Source: Thermodesulfobacteriota bacterium
GTDB lineage: Bacteria > Desulfobacterota > Desulfomonilia > UBA1062
NCBI GenBank assembly: GCA_036825155.1
Contig: DAISYU010000001.1
Span: forward strand, 17,770-81,769
DNA: 64,000 nucleotides
Reading direction: 5' to 3'
Part shown: piece after piece, positions 1 to 9,331 of the stretch
Numbering within the stretch: the stretch's first letter is position 1
Layout: every line of letters begins with the position of its first letter
Notes under the pieces: generated by a model
Seen by the model: only the letters and a program-made list of their open reading frames with translations
Database searches by the model: none
Told to the model about the DNA's origin: nothing
Translations under genes and position numbers: made by a program

Positions 1-310
1 TAGCTCAGGACATGGGTGAGGCGTGAAGTCTATGACCGTTCATCTGGTGGTGTTATTTGTGTCTGAGTCCGGTCTGTTTCCGCTCCCCTGAGCTTGGAAA
101 GCGTCTTTTCATGACCACCTCGTCTTTCCCGCGGCTTGTTGGGCGTAGTTGAAAACGAAGCCTGAAGGCGGGAAACCAGTATAGAGAATGTGTAAGGATT
201 ACAGTGCAGGATTGAATCTCTGCTGTGAGAGGGGTTTCTGTTCCGGTTGCCCGGAATGATCGAATATTACAGGGCTATCTCCCAGAAGACATGTTTCGCT
301 CAATCCCAGG

Positions 311-341
311 CACGCCGCCGGGGATAGGACCCGGCGGCGTG
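311..341. terminator. Perfect 12-bp GC-rich hairpin downstream of the tetR-membrane protein pair
   Basis: CACGCCGCCGGG-gatagga-CCCGGCGGCGTG, about 26 nt past the stop at 368 on the - strand. There is no clear U-tract, so it may be a stability hairpin rather than a canonical intrinsic terminator. Confidence 0.55.
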
Positions 342-367
342 GAAATATCGAAAGGTTTACAAAAATA

Positions 368-1021
368 TCAGTAGTTCCACCCGAAGAAGCCGAAGGCCAG
401 GATATTCATGATGATGGGCACTGAATAGATGAATGCCAGAATGGATATTTTGGCCTTCATGGTCTTGCGGGTTATGACCCAGATGGCACCGCAGAAGAAG
501 TGGAAGTATCCGATCAGGAAGATGAGCCAGACTCCGCCGAAGGAGCGGTACCAGAAGGGATATTCCCAGACAAGGTGTCCGCCGTAGTTCAGCAGGCATT
601 CCACGAAGACGCAGAAGACAGAGTATCCTATGGCCCAGAACAATTTCTCGGGCATGCCGAGGATCTTCTCCGTAGTGCTTTCCGAGAGCGTATAGTAGTA
701 GATAATGCCCACGAGCAGGAACATGAACATGATCTCGATGTTCCATCCCACCATGGTCCTCAAGGCCGTGTCCCCGGGCGTGGTCCAGAAGGCCGAGCGC
801 TGGGTGAAGTGGAGCACCCAGCCGTTCCATGTTTCATTGAAGAAATCGATGCCGAAGATGGTCAGTCCGGCAAACACTGCATCCCAGTTGCCGGTCTGCC
901 TCGCAAGTCGTAACTCTTTGGAATAGACATAGAATACAATCGCCAGCAGAGGGATAATGTACCACTTGACCATGGAAAAGTCCCTGAGTCCATCTAAGGC
1001 CTGTAATGTTGCCTGCGTCAT
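368..1021 (-). CDS. Hypothetical multi-pass membrane protein
   Basis: 217-aa ORF with about 6 hydrophobic segments, GAGG-type RBS before the ATG, 45 nt downstream of tetR in the same orientation. Confidence 0.85.
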   Translation of the reverse strand: MTQATLQALDGLRDFSMVKWYIIPLLAIVFYVYSKELRLARQTGNWDAVFAGLTIFGIDFFNETWNGWVLHFTQRSAFWTTPGDTALRTMVGWNIEIMFMFLLVGIIYYYTLSESTTEKILGMPEKLFWAIGYSVFCVFVECLLNYGGHLVWEYPFWYRSFGGVWLIFLIGYFHFFCGAIWVITRKTMKAKISILAFIYSVPIIMNILAFGFFGWNY

Positions 1022-1066
1022 AAATACCTCCTCTTTCCCCTTGTTATTTCAAACAACTGCAGATAA

Positions 1067-1666
1067 CTATGCGTGTGAGACCTGTTGGTCTCTGCACAAT
1101 CCCCTCAAAATGATCTTCAGCCCTTCATCATACATGCGGACAGACGATATCCCTTCTGATTTCACATAGGTCTTGATAAGAAACATGATATAGATGGAAA
1201 AGAAGAGTTCGGTCGTGTGGTCCACATCCACCGGATAGAAACGTCCCTCCTCGATCCCCTGAACCAGGATGCTCTTGATCAGTTGCATGGCGCCGAAGTT
1301 GATTTCATAAAAGCGGTCTTCTCGTGGAGTGAGGGTGAAGATGTTCGGGTCTTTCATGCAGATGGCACGAAGGTCTTCCTCGCCGGCAAGGTATGCAAAA
1401 GACTCTTTTGCCATGACAGAGAATTTCTCGACCACATCATCTGTTTCGCCAATGGCCCTGGCTACCGAATCACGCCATCGCTCAAGGGCTCTGCTCACGG
1501 TCTTCTCATAGAGATCCCGCTTGTTCTTCACGTAGAAGTAGAGGTTGCTTTTTGTCATGCCGACCTTTTCCGCTACATCCTCCACGGTGGTCTTCTTGTA
1601 TCCGTAGAGGGCAAATAGCTTCAATGCGGCATCAAAGATCTCGTTTTGTTTCTCACCCTTATTCAT
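1067..1666 (-). CDS. TetR/AcrR family transcriptional regulator
   Basis: N-terminal HTH signature IFDAALKLFALYGYKKTTVEDVAEKVGMTKSNLYFYVKNK; 199 aa. Confidence 0.95.
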   Translation of the reverse strand: MNKGEKQNEIFDAALKLFALYGYKKTTVEDVAEKVGMTKSNLYFYVKNKRDLYEKTVSRALERWRDSVARAIGETDDVVEKFSVMAKESFAYLAGEEDLRAICMKDPNIFTLTPREDRFYEINFGAMQLIKSILVQGIEEGRFYPVDVDHTTELFFSIYIMFLIKTYVKSEGISSVRMYDEGLKIILRGLCRDQQVSHA

Positions 1667-1677
1667 GACCTGATTTA

Positions 1678-1706
1678 GACTATTAGAACAAATGAATCAA
1701 ATAGTC
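1678..1706. promoter_or_regulatory. Inverted repeat, likely TetR autoregulatory operator
   Basis: GACTATTAGA-N9-TCAAATAGTC (9/10 symmetric), 12 nt upstream of the tetR start; overlaps a TTGACT -35-like hexamer on the - strand. Confidence 0.6.
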
Positions 1707-2237
1707 AATAAGTATAGATATTAATCAGGGGAGGACTGGAATCGAGGCGCAAAATGGAAATAATCGAGATGTGGGGCGCAAGATCTTTATGTGTAAATGG
1801 AATCCAGTATCCAGAATTCAGAAGCCAGAATAACTAATAGTCAAGATTTGGGGAACAAGAACCCAGGCATCCTGCTTCGCCTTCGGCTATGCAGGACAAG
1901 GGCCGAGCCAGTTAGGTCCAGACCTGAGGCAGTAAAGACAGAAAGCTCAGGATCTCAGTCAGTAGGCAGAAGTGAAGACCCTAAAAACTAATCGGGACTT
2001 GGGGAAGATGAACCCTCTATAAAAAAGAATCCAGACGTGGGTCCGTGATGCAGCGCCTGAAGTGGTGTTAAACCCCTGGATGCCAGGCCGAAGAGCCTTA
2101 AGATCATCCGTTTTGGCCAGGAGCTGAAGAGTATGAAACAAACAAGGCATGAATAATATGATTGTATGAAAATACGCGGAAAATCGGTATACTGTTGCAG
2201 CAGTTTTGATTTTCTATTTTATGACAAGGAGGTGCAC

Positions 2238-3380
2238 ATGGACTTTGAATTGAATGACGAACAGCGTTTGCTCCAGGAGACCGTACAGAAATTTTCGCTC
2301 AAAGAGATCTCCCCGTTTGTGAAGAAGATGGATGAAGAAGAGATCTTTATCGAAGAATTGTGGGACAAAGCTGCAGATGTGGGGTTTGTGGGTATGGGCA
2401 TATCGCCGGAGTATGGTGGTACCCTGAACGACTACCTTTCCTTAGGGATCATGGCCGAAGAGGTGAGTAAGATTGATCCTGGTGTTGCCGTGGTAATCGG
2501 TGCACATTCCGTCCTGTGCGGTGACAATATTGCCCGCAACGGGACACAGGAGCAGAAGGAAAAGTATCTTCCCCTGCTGGCAAGCGGAGAAAGACGGGGC
2601 TGTATGGGTATCACCGAACCAGGTGCCGGCTCTGATGCCATCTCCATCAAGACCAGGGCAAGAAAAGAGGGTCATGAATATATACTCAATGGTACCAAAA
2701 CATTCATCTCCAATGCACCGTTTGCTGATATTGCACTTATCTATGCCACCACTGATCCAAGCCTCGGGATTCAGGGGTTGTGTGCCTTTATTGTCGAGAA
2801 GGATTTCCCCGGCTACCAGGCCGGCAAGAAGTTTTCAAAGATGGGGCTTCGCTCATCACCCACCGGAGAGATCATCCTTGAAGACTGCCGTGTGCCACAG
2901 GAAAATCTGCTCGGAGGTGTTGAGGGAACAGGGCTGAAGATCATGTTCTCGGGGCTCGATATAGAGCGGTTCTTGTGGAGTGCCCAGGCCATAGGCATAG
3001 CTCAGGCAGCTTTTGATGCAGCGCTGAAGTATGCCAAGGAGCGGGAACAGTTTTCCCGGCCCATCTTTCATTTCCAGATGATACAGGACAAACTCGCAAA
3101 TATGCTTGTAGAGATCGAGGCATCGAGGCTCCTTGACTACAAAGGCCTGACCTATTGGGACAGGAGAGATTTCAGGAAAACCAGGATGCTGGCCGCCATG
3201 GTCAAACTTTACGCCTGTGAGATGGTGAACAGGGTCACAGCCGAAGCAGTGCATATTCACGGGGGGTATGGGTATATGAAAGAGTTTCTGGTTGAAAAAT
3301 ATATGCGTGATGCCAAGGTATATGCCATCGGGGCAGGTACGAGCGAGGTGCAGAAACTCATCATTGCCAACTACTTGTGA
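2238..3380 (+). CDS. Acyl-CoA dehydrogenase (short/branched-chain, isovaleryl-CoA DH-like)
   Basis: Motifs GITEPGAGSD, LNGTKTFISN, KMGLRSSPT, IHGGYGY, IGAGTSEVQK. Start placed at ATG 2238 after the AAGGAGG RBS (ORF track starts at 2166). Confidence 0.95.
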   Translation: MDFELNDEQRLLQETVQKFSLKEISPFVKKMDEEEIFIEELWDKAADVGFVGMGISPEYGGTLNDYLSLGIMAEEVSKIDPGVAVVIGAHSVLCGDNIARNGTQEQKEKYLPLLASGERRGCMGITEPGAGSDAISIKTRARKEGHEYILNGTKTFISNAPFADIALIYATTDPSLGIQGLCAFIVEKDFPGYQAGKKFSKMGLRSSPTGEIILEDCRVPQENLLGGVEGTGLKIMFSGLDIERFLWSAQAIGIAQAAFDAALKYAKEREQFSRPIFHFQMIQDKLANMLVEIEASRLLDYKGLTYWDRRDFRKTRMLAAMVKLYACEMVNRVTAEAVHIHGGYGYMKEFLVEKYMRDAKVYAIGAGTSEVQKLIIANYL

Positions 3381-3760
3381 GCTGCCAGGCAGATTCCCGG
3401 TATTGGCTTCACTTGACAGGAAAAGGAGATCAATCTGATTAGTCCCTGAAACGGTAACTTATCTTCTCTCGTACAATTGAGCCAGAGATCTCAAGTGCTG
3501 GATGCTGAGCATCAGTGATTTGGTCGATGAGAGGAGATGTTTTCACTATTAAGGCAGACCTTGATTTCTCCCTGTCTGGAATTATTATTTTAACATTATA
3601 GCCCACTCTTTGTTGCCCCCTTTAACAAGATAATGTCCGGATAAAATCAGCACCCTTTTTTTGTCCGATGAACTGTATAAGGGTGTCTCTGTCTCCCCGA
3701 TGAAATGGATTGTAAAAAGGATCTTGCCGGTAATCTTAATGAGGCAAAAGGAAAATACCC

Positions 3761-3793
3761 TTGACTAGAACATTATTCTAGAATAAAATTCTA
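3761..3793 (+). promoter_or_regulatory. Sigma70 promoter overlapped by tandem TAGAA-N5-TTCTA operators
   Basis: TTGACT(3761-66)-17 nt-TAAAAT(3784-89); palindromes at 3766-3780 and 3779-3793. Confidence 0.75.
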
Positions 3794-3795
3794 AT

Positions 3796-4413
3796 ATGAA
3801 AATAGAGAAAACCCTGTCGACAAAGACCCGCACGCGCAGGGAACTGATTATCCGTGCAGCTCTGGCATGTTTTACCGAGATCGGGTATGCCGCAACAAAC
3901 ATGGCGGATATTCGCAGCAGGTCCGGAGCGAGTACCGGAAGCATCTATCACCATTTCAAGAGCAAGGAACAGCTGGCAAGAGCCGTATACCTTGAGGGGA
4001 TACGTGATTATCAGGAGGGGTTCCTCTCTGCACTGGAGAAGTATGGGGATGCGTCCGAAGCGATCCTTGAGATTATTACCTATCATTTAACCTGGGTGGA
4101 ACAAAACCCCGACTGGTCCCGGTTCCTGTTTCTGATGCGACACGCTGATTTCATGGGGAATGCGCAGGATGAGTTCAACGTACTGAATGCAAACTTCTTT
4201 CGCTGTGTTTCCATGTGGTTTCTGCAGCAGGTAAAAACCGGTTCCATCAGGAGCATGCCAACAGATCTCTCAATAGCCGTTCTCCTTGGGCCATGCCAGG
4301 AATATACGCGGTTGTATATCGACGGAAAGGCATGCACACCACCTGGACAAGCTGCCGGTGAGCTTGCTTTAGCTGCCTGGAATGCCCTGAGGTCGGAGAC
4401 GTCTGTTGAGTGA
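3796..4413 (+). CDS. TetR/AcrR family transcriptional regulator
   Basis: HTH: LIIRAALACFTEIGYAATNMADIRSRSGASTGSIYHHFKSKE; 205 aa. Confidence 0.93.
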   Translation: MKIEKTLSTKTRTRRELIIRAALACFTEIGYAATNMADIRSRSGASTGSIYHHFKSKEQLARAVYLEGIRDYQEGFLSALEKYGDASEAILEIITYHLTWVEQNPDWSRFLFLMRHADFMGNAQDEFNVLNANFFRCVSMWFLQQVKTGSIRSMPTDLSIAVLLGPCQEYTRLYIDGKACTPPGQAAGELALAAWNALRSETSVE

Positions 4414-4462
4414 AACTGGATCTGTAATCAGGAAAAGTATGGCGTTCATATAAGGGGTCATT

Positions 4463-5368
4463 ATGGATGCAACATTACTTAAGAACTGCCAGGAACATAC
4501 GCCGCTTCCCTGGATATATGTGAGGGGTCTTCTGAGACGGCGGACAGGACTGCGGGAGAATGAACAGCTCCCTGTGTTGAAACTCGAACAGCTCCGCGTT
4601 CAGACCGACAAGAAGCACCTGGGAACATATCTCAAAGCATGCGGGCTTTCTCCCGGACCAAGCCTCCCCGTGCTCTATCCCCTTATGGTAACATTCCCGC
4701 TCCATATGAGGATTCTGACCCATCCGGCATTTCCCCTTAAGTATGTGAACATGCTGCAGCTGAGAAACCATGTAGTTCAGTACAGATCCATAGGCATCCA
4801 CGAGAGCATGGATGCTATGTGTGAGATTCTGAACCGGAGAAATGTCATGAAGGGCCTGGAATTTGATCTGTATACCGCATTCAGCTCTGATGGAGAGATC
4901 CTCTGGGAGAACATCAACACCTATTTTTTCCCGGGATCGTACGGTGAACCGGCTGCAGCACTGCCGCGCGTGTCTTTTGAACCTGTTACTAAAGATGCAC
5001 CGGCAATGACCTGGATTATGCCTGCAAAAGGGGGCTTTCGCTTTGCACTGATCTCAGGAGACTATAACGGCATTCACTACTTTGCACCGTATGCACGCAT
5101 GTTCGGGTTCAAGCGTGATTTCGCCCATGGACAGTTTTCGGTTCTTAAGTGCCTTGAACACCTTCCCGAGATATCTGGTGATTACCCGGTAAGAATCGAT
5201 GTGGCCTTGAAAGGACCGGTGTACTATTCCAGCGAGGTGGTGATGAAGTATAACCCATGCCTTACGGGTTACCGCTTTGATCTCTACTGCGGGGACATGA
5301 AAAGGCCATGCATACTCGGCAGTATCAGGAATGTAGAAAAGGGCAGCGGATTGATCTCGGATTTTTAA
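4463..5368 (+). CDS. MaoC-like (double hot-dog) acyl dehydratase / R-specific hydratase
   Basis: Hydratase-2 motif ISGDYNGIH ... FAHG; 301 aa. Confidence 0.8.
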   Translation: MDATLLKNCQEHTPLPWIYVRGLLRRRTGLRENEQLPVLKLEQLRVQTDKKHLGTYLKACGLSPGPSLPVLYPLMVTFPLHMRILTHPAFPLKYVNMLQLRNHVVQYRSIGIHESMDAMCEILNRRNVMKGLEFDLYTAFSSDGEILWENINTYFFPGSYGEPAAALPRVSFEPVTKDAPAMTWIMPAKGGFRFALISGDYNGIHYFAPYARMFGFKRDFAHGQFSVLKCLEHLPEISGDYPVRIDVALKGPVYYSSEVVMKYNPCLTGYRFDLYCGDMKRPCILGSIRNVEKGSGLISDF

Positions 5369-5413
5369 CAAGATCCAAACCATTAGATCGTCGATTCGGG
5401 GAAGGGGGCTGTC

Positions 5414-5938
5414 ATGAAAGGAAAAGAGTCTTTTGAGAAAAAGAAGCTGATCGAGCTTCTGAACAAATGCTGGATGACCCATGACGGGATGTGGTTCTAC
5501 AGCTGTCTGAACGAGTGCGGGATAGTCACGGCGAACAAGCTGAACAAGTCGGCTATTTCTTTGCTGGCCCCCATAGAAGTAGGCAGAATGAAAAGATATT
5601 GCGGCCTGGATAAAGAGAGGATCGAGACATTTGATGAGTTCAAGGAATTCTTTTCCTGTGTAACGGAGTTGTTTGTCCCGGATTTCATGAATGCAGCCAT
5701 GAGTTTCCCGGGCAGGGATATCATGCGCTGGGAGTTCGGGCCGGAGGGATGTTTTGCCTATAAGGGAATGAATACTATCGGGGTTATAAAAGAATATGAC
5801 TGCGGGGTCCTCTACCGGATAGAATGCTGGCTGAAGAATCTGGGGATTCAATACAGGATGGATCCTGAGATTCACACGTGCCTGATGCTGGAAAAAGGCG
5901 CATGCAGCGGTGAATTTGTATTGGACCTGGATGGTTAG
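5414..5938 (+). CDS. DUF6125-like protein (V4R / small-ligand-binding-like, Cys-rich C-terminus)
   Basis: CWMTHDGMWF motif recalled as typical of DUF6125; several Cys in the C-terminal half; same-strand gene 45 nt after the MaoC gene. Confidence 0.6.
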   Translation: MKGKESFEKKKLIELLNKCWMTHDGMWFYSCLNECGIVTANKLNKSAISLLAPIEVGRMKRYCGLDKERIETFDEFKEFFSCVTELFVPDFMNAAMSFPGRDIMRWEFGPEGCFAYKGMNTIGVIKEYDCGVLYRIECWLKNLGIQYRMDPEIHTCLMLEKGACSGEFVLDLDG

Positions 5939-6207
5939 TGCGAAAAGTCCTGGGTTCACGAAAACTGAACTGCCGTACGATTGAAAGAGGTGGTTCTCCC
6001 GAAGGTTTGTCTGTGGATATCCGAGCGCTTTCCGGTCGTGCATTTATAAACAGGGTATTATTTACACGGGACACAATTTTTTGCTGGCTTTCTGCTGGGA
6101 ATACGCTATAAGCCGGATACAGAAATCTTGGCGCCACCTTCAAAGGCATCCATACCCGATCCTTTGTGTGTCTGCGAGATGTTAACTATTAGCAAAGGGG
6201 AATCAGT

Positions 6208-7902
6208 ATGGAACAATTCAGAAATCTGGGTCTGTCAGAGAGTATGCTCCAAACACTCGCAGCAAAGGGATTCAGGGAGCCCACACCCATTCAGAGCGCC
6301 GTCATCCCGTACCTTCTTGATGGGGATCGTGATGTGGTTGCCCAGGCAGAAACCGGTACCGGCAAGACGGCAGCCTTCGGCATTCCCATTATAGAACGCC
6401 TGGACACCCGGGAAAGAGGGGTGAAGGCCCTTGTACTGGTACCCACCAGGGAACTGGCCCTGCAGGTTTCCGAAGAGATCATCTCTCTTACGGGGAGAAA
6501 GAATATCCAGGTTCTGCCTGTCTACGGAGGACAGGGATTCGTGCATCAACTCAGGAGCCTCAAGAAAGGAGTTGACATTGTGGTGGGTACCCCGGGGCGT
6601 CTCCTCGATCATCTCGGCCGCGGCACGCTGAGCTTCGAGGGCATCTCCTTTCTCGTACTCGATGAAGCGGACCAGATGCTTGATATGGGTTTTATCGAGG
6701 ATATCAATGCCATACTCTCACATGTGCCTGCCGGAAGGAGAACGCTGCTCTTTTCCGCCACCATGCCGGCATCTGTCATCACCATTGCCCGGCGTTACAT
6801 GAAGGGCTATGAGACTATCACAATGAATGCCAGGGCCGAGTGCCCACAGCTGACCGAACAGAAATACATCGAGGTGCGCGAGCAGGACAAATTCGAGGCG
6901 CTGTGCCGAATCATCGACATGGAGCCCGGGTTCTACGGTCTGGTCTTCTGCCGTACCAGGGTGGAGACGGCCGATCTTGCTGAAAAACTTGTTGAACGGG
7001 GCTACAGAGCAGAGGGTATCCACGGCGACATCAACCAGTTCGAGCGTGAAAAGATCATGCGCTCCTTCCGTGAAAGGAAGATCACCATCCTTACAGCCAC
7101 CGATGTGGCTGCCAGAGGCATAGACATCAATAATCTCTCTCACGTGATCAACTACGCCCTGCCCCAGGACAGCGATGCCTATGTGCATCGCATCGGCCGT
7201 ACCGGACGGGCAGGCTGCAGGGGGACAGCTATCACCTTCGTCACTTCGCGTGAACACCGCATGCTGGAGGTCATTCGTCACAAGACCGGCAATGCCATGC
7301 GCAGGGGGCACATACCGGGGGTGAGCGAGGTTATTGCAGCCAAGCGTGCCCGGATCAGGGAAGAGATCGAACAGGTGATGAGAAATGACGATTTTGGGAA
7401 CTACTGCGGTCTTGCAGCCGAATTGCTCGAGACAGACGATGCAGGCACTGTCCTGGCGGCATGTCTGCGAAGAGCCTTTGTCGATGAACTGGACCCTGCA
7501 ACATATGGTGAAATCCGACAGATCAATCCGGTCAGCACCCTGACATATACGCAGCTTTTCGTTGCGCGGGGGCGCAAGCACGGGATTACCCCGCAGAAGC
7601 TGGTAAAGCTTATCCGTCAGCACTCCGGGGTGAGTGAAAACCTCCTGAGAGATATCAGGATCTTTGACGATTTCAGCTACATCAGCGCACCCAAGGCAGA
7701 GGCCGAAGAAATCCGGAAGAAGTTCGGAAAGAAACGGGGCCGTCCCATCATCAGCAGGGCTAAGCAGATCAGGACACATTCAGACACGAAAAAAACCCGG
7801 AAGGAAAGGGTCCGGCCGGCCGGAGGCAAACAAAAACAGGGCAAAAGCCGCTCGAGTATCAACCAGGAGCGGCAGGAGAAAAAACGATCAGCTGCATGGT
7901 GA
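6208..7902 (+). CDS. DEAD-box RNA helicase (DeaD/CsdA-like, DbpA-type RNA-binding domain, basic tail)
   Basis: Q motif GFREPTPIQ, AETGTGKT, PTRELA, DEAD, SAT, HRIGRTGRAG; C-terminal RRM-like region and Lys/Arg-rich tail. Confidence 0.96.
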   Translation: MEQFRNLGLSESMLQTLAAKGFREPTPIQSAVIPYLLDGDRDVVAQAETGTGKTAAFGIPIIERLDTRERGVKALVLVPTRELALQVSEEIISLTGRKNIQVLPVYGGQGFVHQLRSLKKGVDIVVGTPGRLLDHLGRGTLSFEGISFLVLDEADQMLDMGFIEDINAILSHVPAGRRTLLFSATMPASVITIARRYMKGYETITMNARAECPQLTEQKYIEVREQDKFEALCRIIDMEPGFYGLVFCRTRVETADLAEKLVERGYRAEGIHGDINQFEREKIMRSFRERKITILTATDVAARGIDINNLSHVINYALPQDSDAYVHRIGRTGRAGCRGTAITFVTSREHRMLEVIRHKTGNAMRRGHIPGVSEVIAAKRARIREEIEQVMRNDDFGNYCGLAAELLETDDAGTVLAACLRRAFVDELDPATYGEIRQINPVSTLTYTQLFVARGRKHGITPQKLVKLIRQHSGVSENLLRDIRIFDDFSYISAPKAEAEEIRKKFGKKRGRPIISRAKQIRTHSDTKKTRKERVRPAGGKQKQGKSRSSINQERQEKKRSAAW

Positions 7903-8495
7903 ATACTTTGTGCATGAAATGTAGTATGAAAAACGTCATGAACATGGATATTGAGGGGGTGGCCAACGTCATCGTGGAACGAAGTGATCGCTGCCGGCAC
8001 ATGAGGATCACTGTCAGCCCGGGATCTGTCAGGGTGTCTGTGCCAAGGGGTGTGTCGCTTGAAGCCGGCAGGGCATTTGCCCTTGCACGACGGCAATGGA
8101 TACAAAAACATGTTGCAAGGATTAAGCAGAGAGAACAGACACACAAGGAACTCCTCCACGATCTGCCCCCGATCACGGATGTGAACGCTGCCAGAGACAA
8201 GATCATCACCCGGTGCGAAGAGCTCTCCCGTAAGACCGGTCTTTCCTATACACGTCTTACCATCCGGAATCAGAAAACCCGCTGGGGCAGCTGCAGTTCT
8301 GCCGGTACCATCAGCCTGAATATCAATCTTACACGATTGCCGGATAAGCTTCTGGACTATGTGATCCTGCATGAACTCGTGCATACCAGGATCAAAGGTC
8401 ACGGAAGAGCATTCTGGGATGAGCTGGATACCTATGTCGGGGATGCAAAGAGCCTGCGACTTGAATTGAGGCAGTACCTCCTCAGGCTTTTGTGA
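7896..8495 (+). CDS. YgjP/DUF45 (M48-like) putative metal-dependent hydrolase
   Basis: QKTRWGSCS and DYVILHELVH (HExxH). The start may be a downstream ATG (7926 or later). Confidence 0.9.
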   Translation: MVNTLCMKCSMKNVMNMDIEGVANVIVERSDRCRHMRITVSPGSVRVSVPRGVSLEAGRAFALARRQWIQKHVARIKQREQTHKELLHDLPPITDVNAARDKIITRCEELSRKTGLSYTRLTIRNQKTRWGSCSSAGTISLNINLTRLPDKLLDYVILHELVHTRIKGHGRAFWDELDTYVGDAKSLRLELRQYLLRLL

Positions 8496-8562
8496 CAGGT
8501 GAAATCATACGGGACTGATCAAAGCGGGGAGATTCCCTTGAGGCGGCCCGCTTCTTTATAAC

Positions 8563-9240
8563 CTATTTCAACGGGGCAGGAGAGAAATCCTCTACCTCAT
8601 AGATGTACTGGCTGATAAGATTGTGAATCTCCAGCTCGAGCCTCGAGAATTCCACGCCGACGATAAGCTCTTTCCGGCTTCTCCTGATATTCTTTATTTT
8701 TCCCAGAACCTCACGGTCGCCTTCTACGCCGGGGAACTTGCACCTCAGGAATATCTCGTCGTCGATCTGAACCGGGGGAAGAGGCTCTCTTCTCGTATTC
8801 AGTATGTGACAACGGCAGCCGTTCTTGCTCACATCGATTATTGCACCATGATTTGTCTTATCCCTGATCGTGATGGTTGCCGGGAATATACTCTCAGCCC
8901 GTTTCTGGGAACGCAGGTCATAGTGTTCAATGATCTTCGGGTATTCCAGAAAGAGCAGTTTCACGGGCTTGGAAATTATTTCGATCAGTTTTGTCTGAAA
9001 ACCATAGACGGTTCCCCGGTAGAGATACCGGACAATGATATCAACCCCGGGAATGAGCTTGTGCTTGACATTGGTGTACTGGGCCGGGATCTTTATGATG
9101 AGGTATTCGTCGATCTCCATGCCCACCAGGACGCTCTGGAGAGGAAATGCAACGCCCTCCATCTTGAGTTGAATGGGGATTCCTATCTCCAGACTAATTC
9201 TCTTGCCGTATTCAAAGAAATCAATGTCCACGCCTTTCAT
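8563..9240 (-). CDS. PilZ-domain c-di-GMP receptor (YcgR/flagellar brake-like)
   Basis: RSQKR (RxxxR) and DVSKNG (DxSxxG) motifs after an N-terminal YcgR-like domain. Confidence 0.88.
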   Translation of the reverse strand: MKGVDIDFFEYGKRISLEIGIPIQLKMEGVAFPLQSVLVGMEIDEYLIIKIPAQYTNVKHKLIPGVDIIVRYLYRGTVYGFQTKLIEIISKPVKLLFLEYPKIIEHYDLRSQKRAESIFPATITIRDKTNHGAIIDVSKNGCRCHILNTRREPLPPVQIDDEIFLRCKFPGVEGDREVLGKIKNIRRSRKELIVGVEFSRLELEIHNLISQYIYEVEDFSPAPLK

Positions 9241-9331
9241 AGATGTTCTCTTATATCGGCAGGAGAACGAAGTATATTAACAGAAAGTTACATCATTATA
9301 GTGCACGTATGATATCGGAGAAGCTCCCGGA

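Noticed and set aside
1-300. Gene or structured RNA at the window start
   Set aside because: Only a 19-codon - strand ORF (ATG at 112, with a plausible RBS) and no recognisable RNA motif; not supportable without flanking sequence.
1797-2150. ORFs 1797..1991 and 1959..2150
   Set aside because: Low-complexity translations of repeat-like intergenic DNA, without RBS or recognisable motifs.
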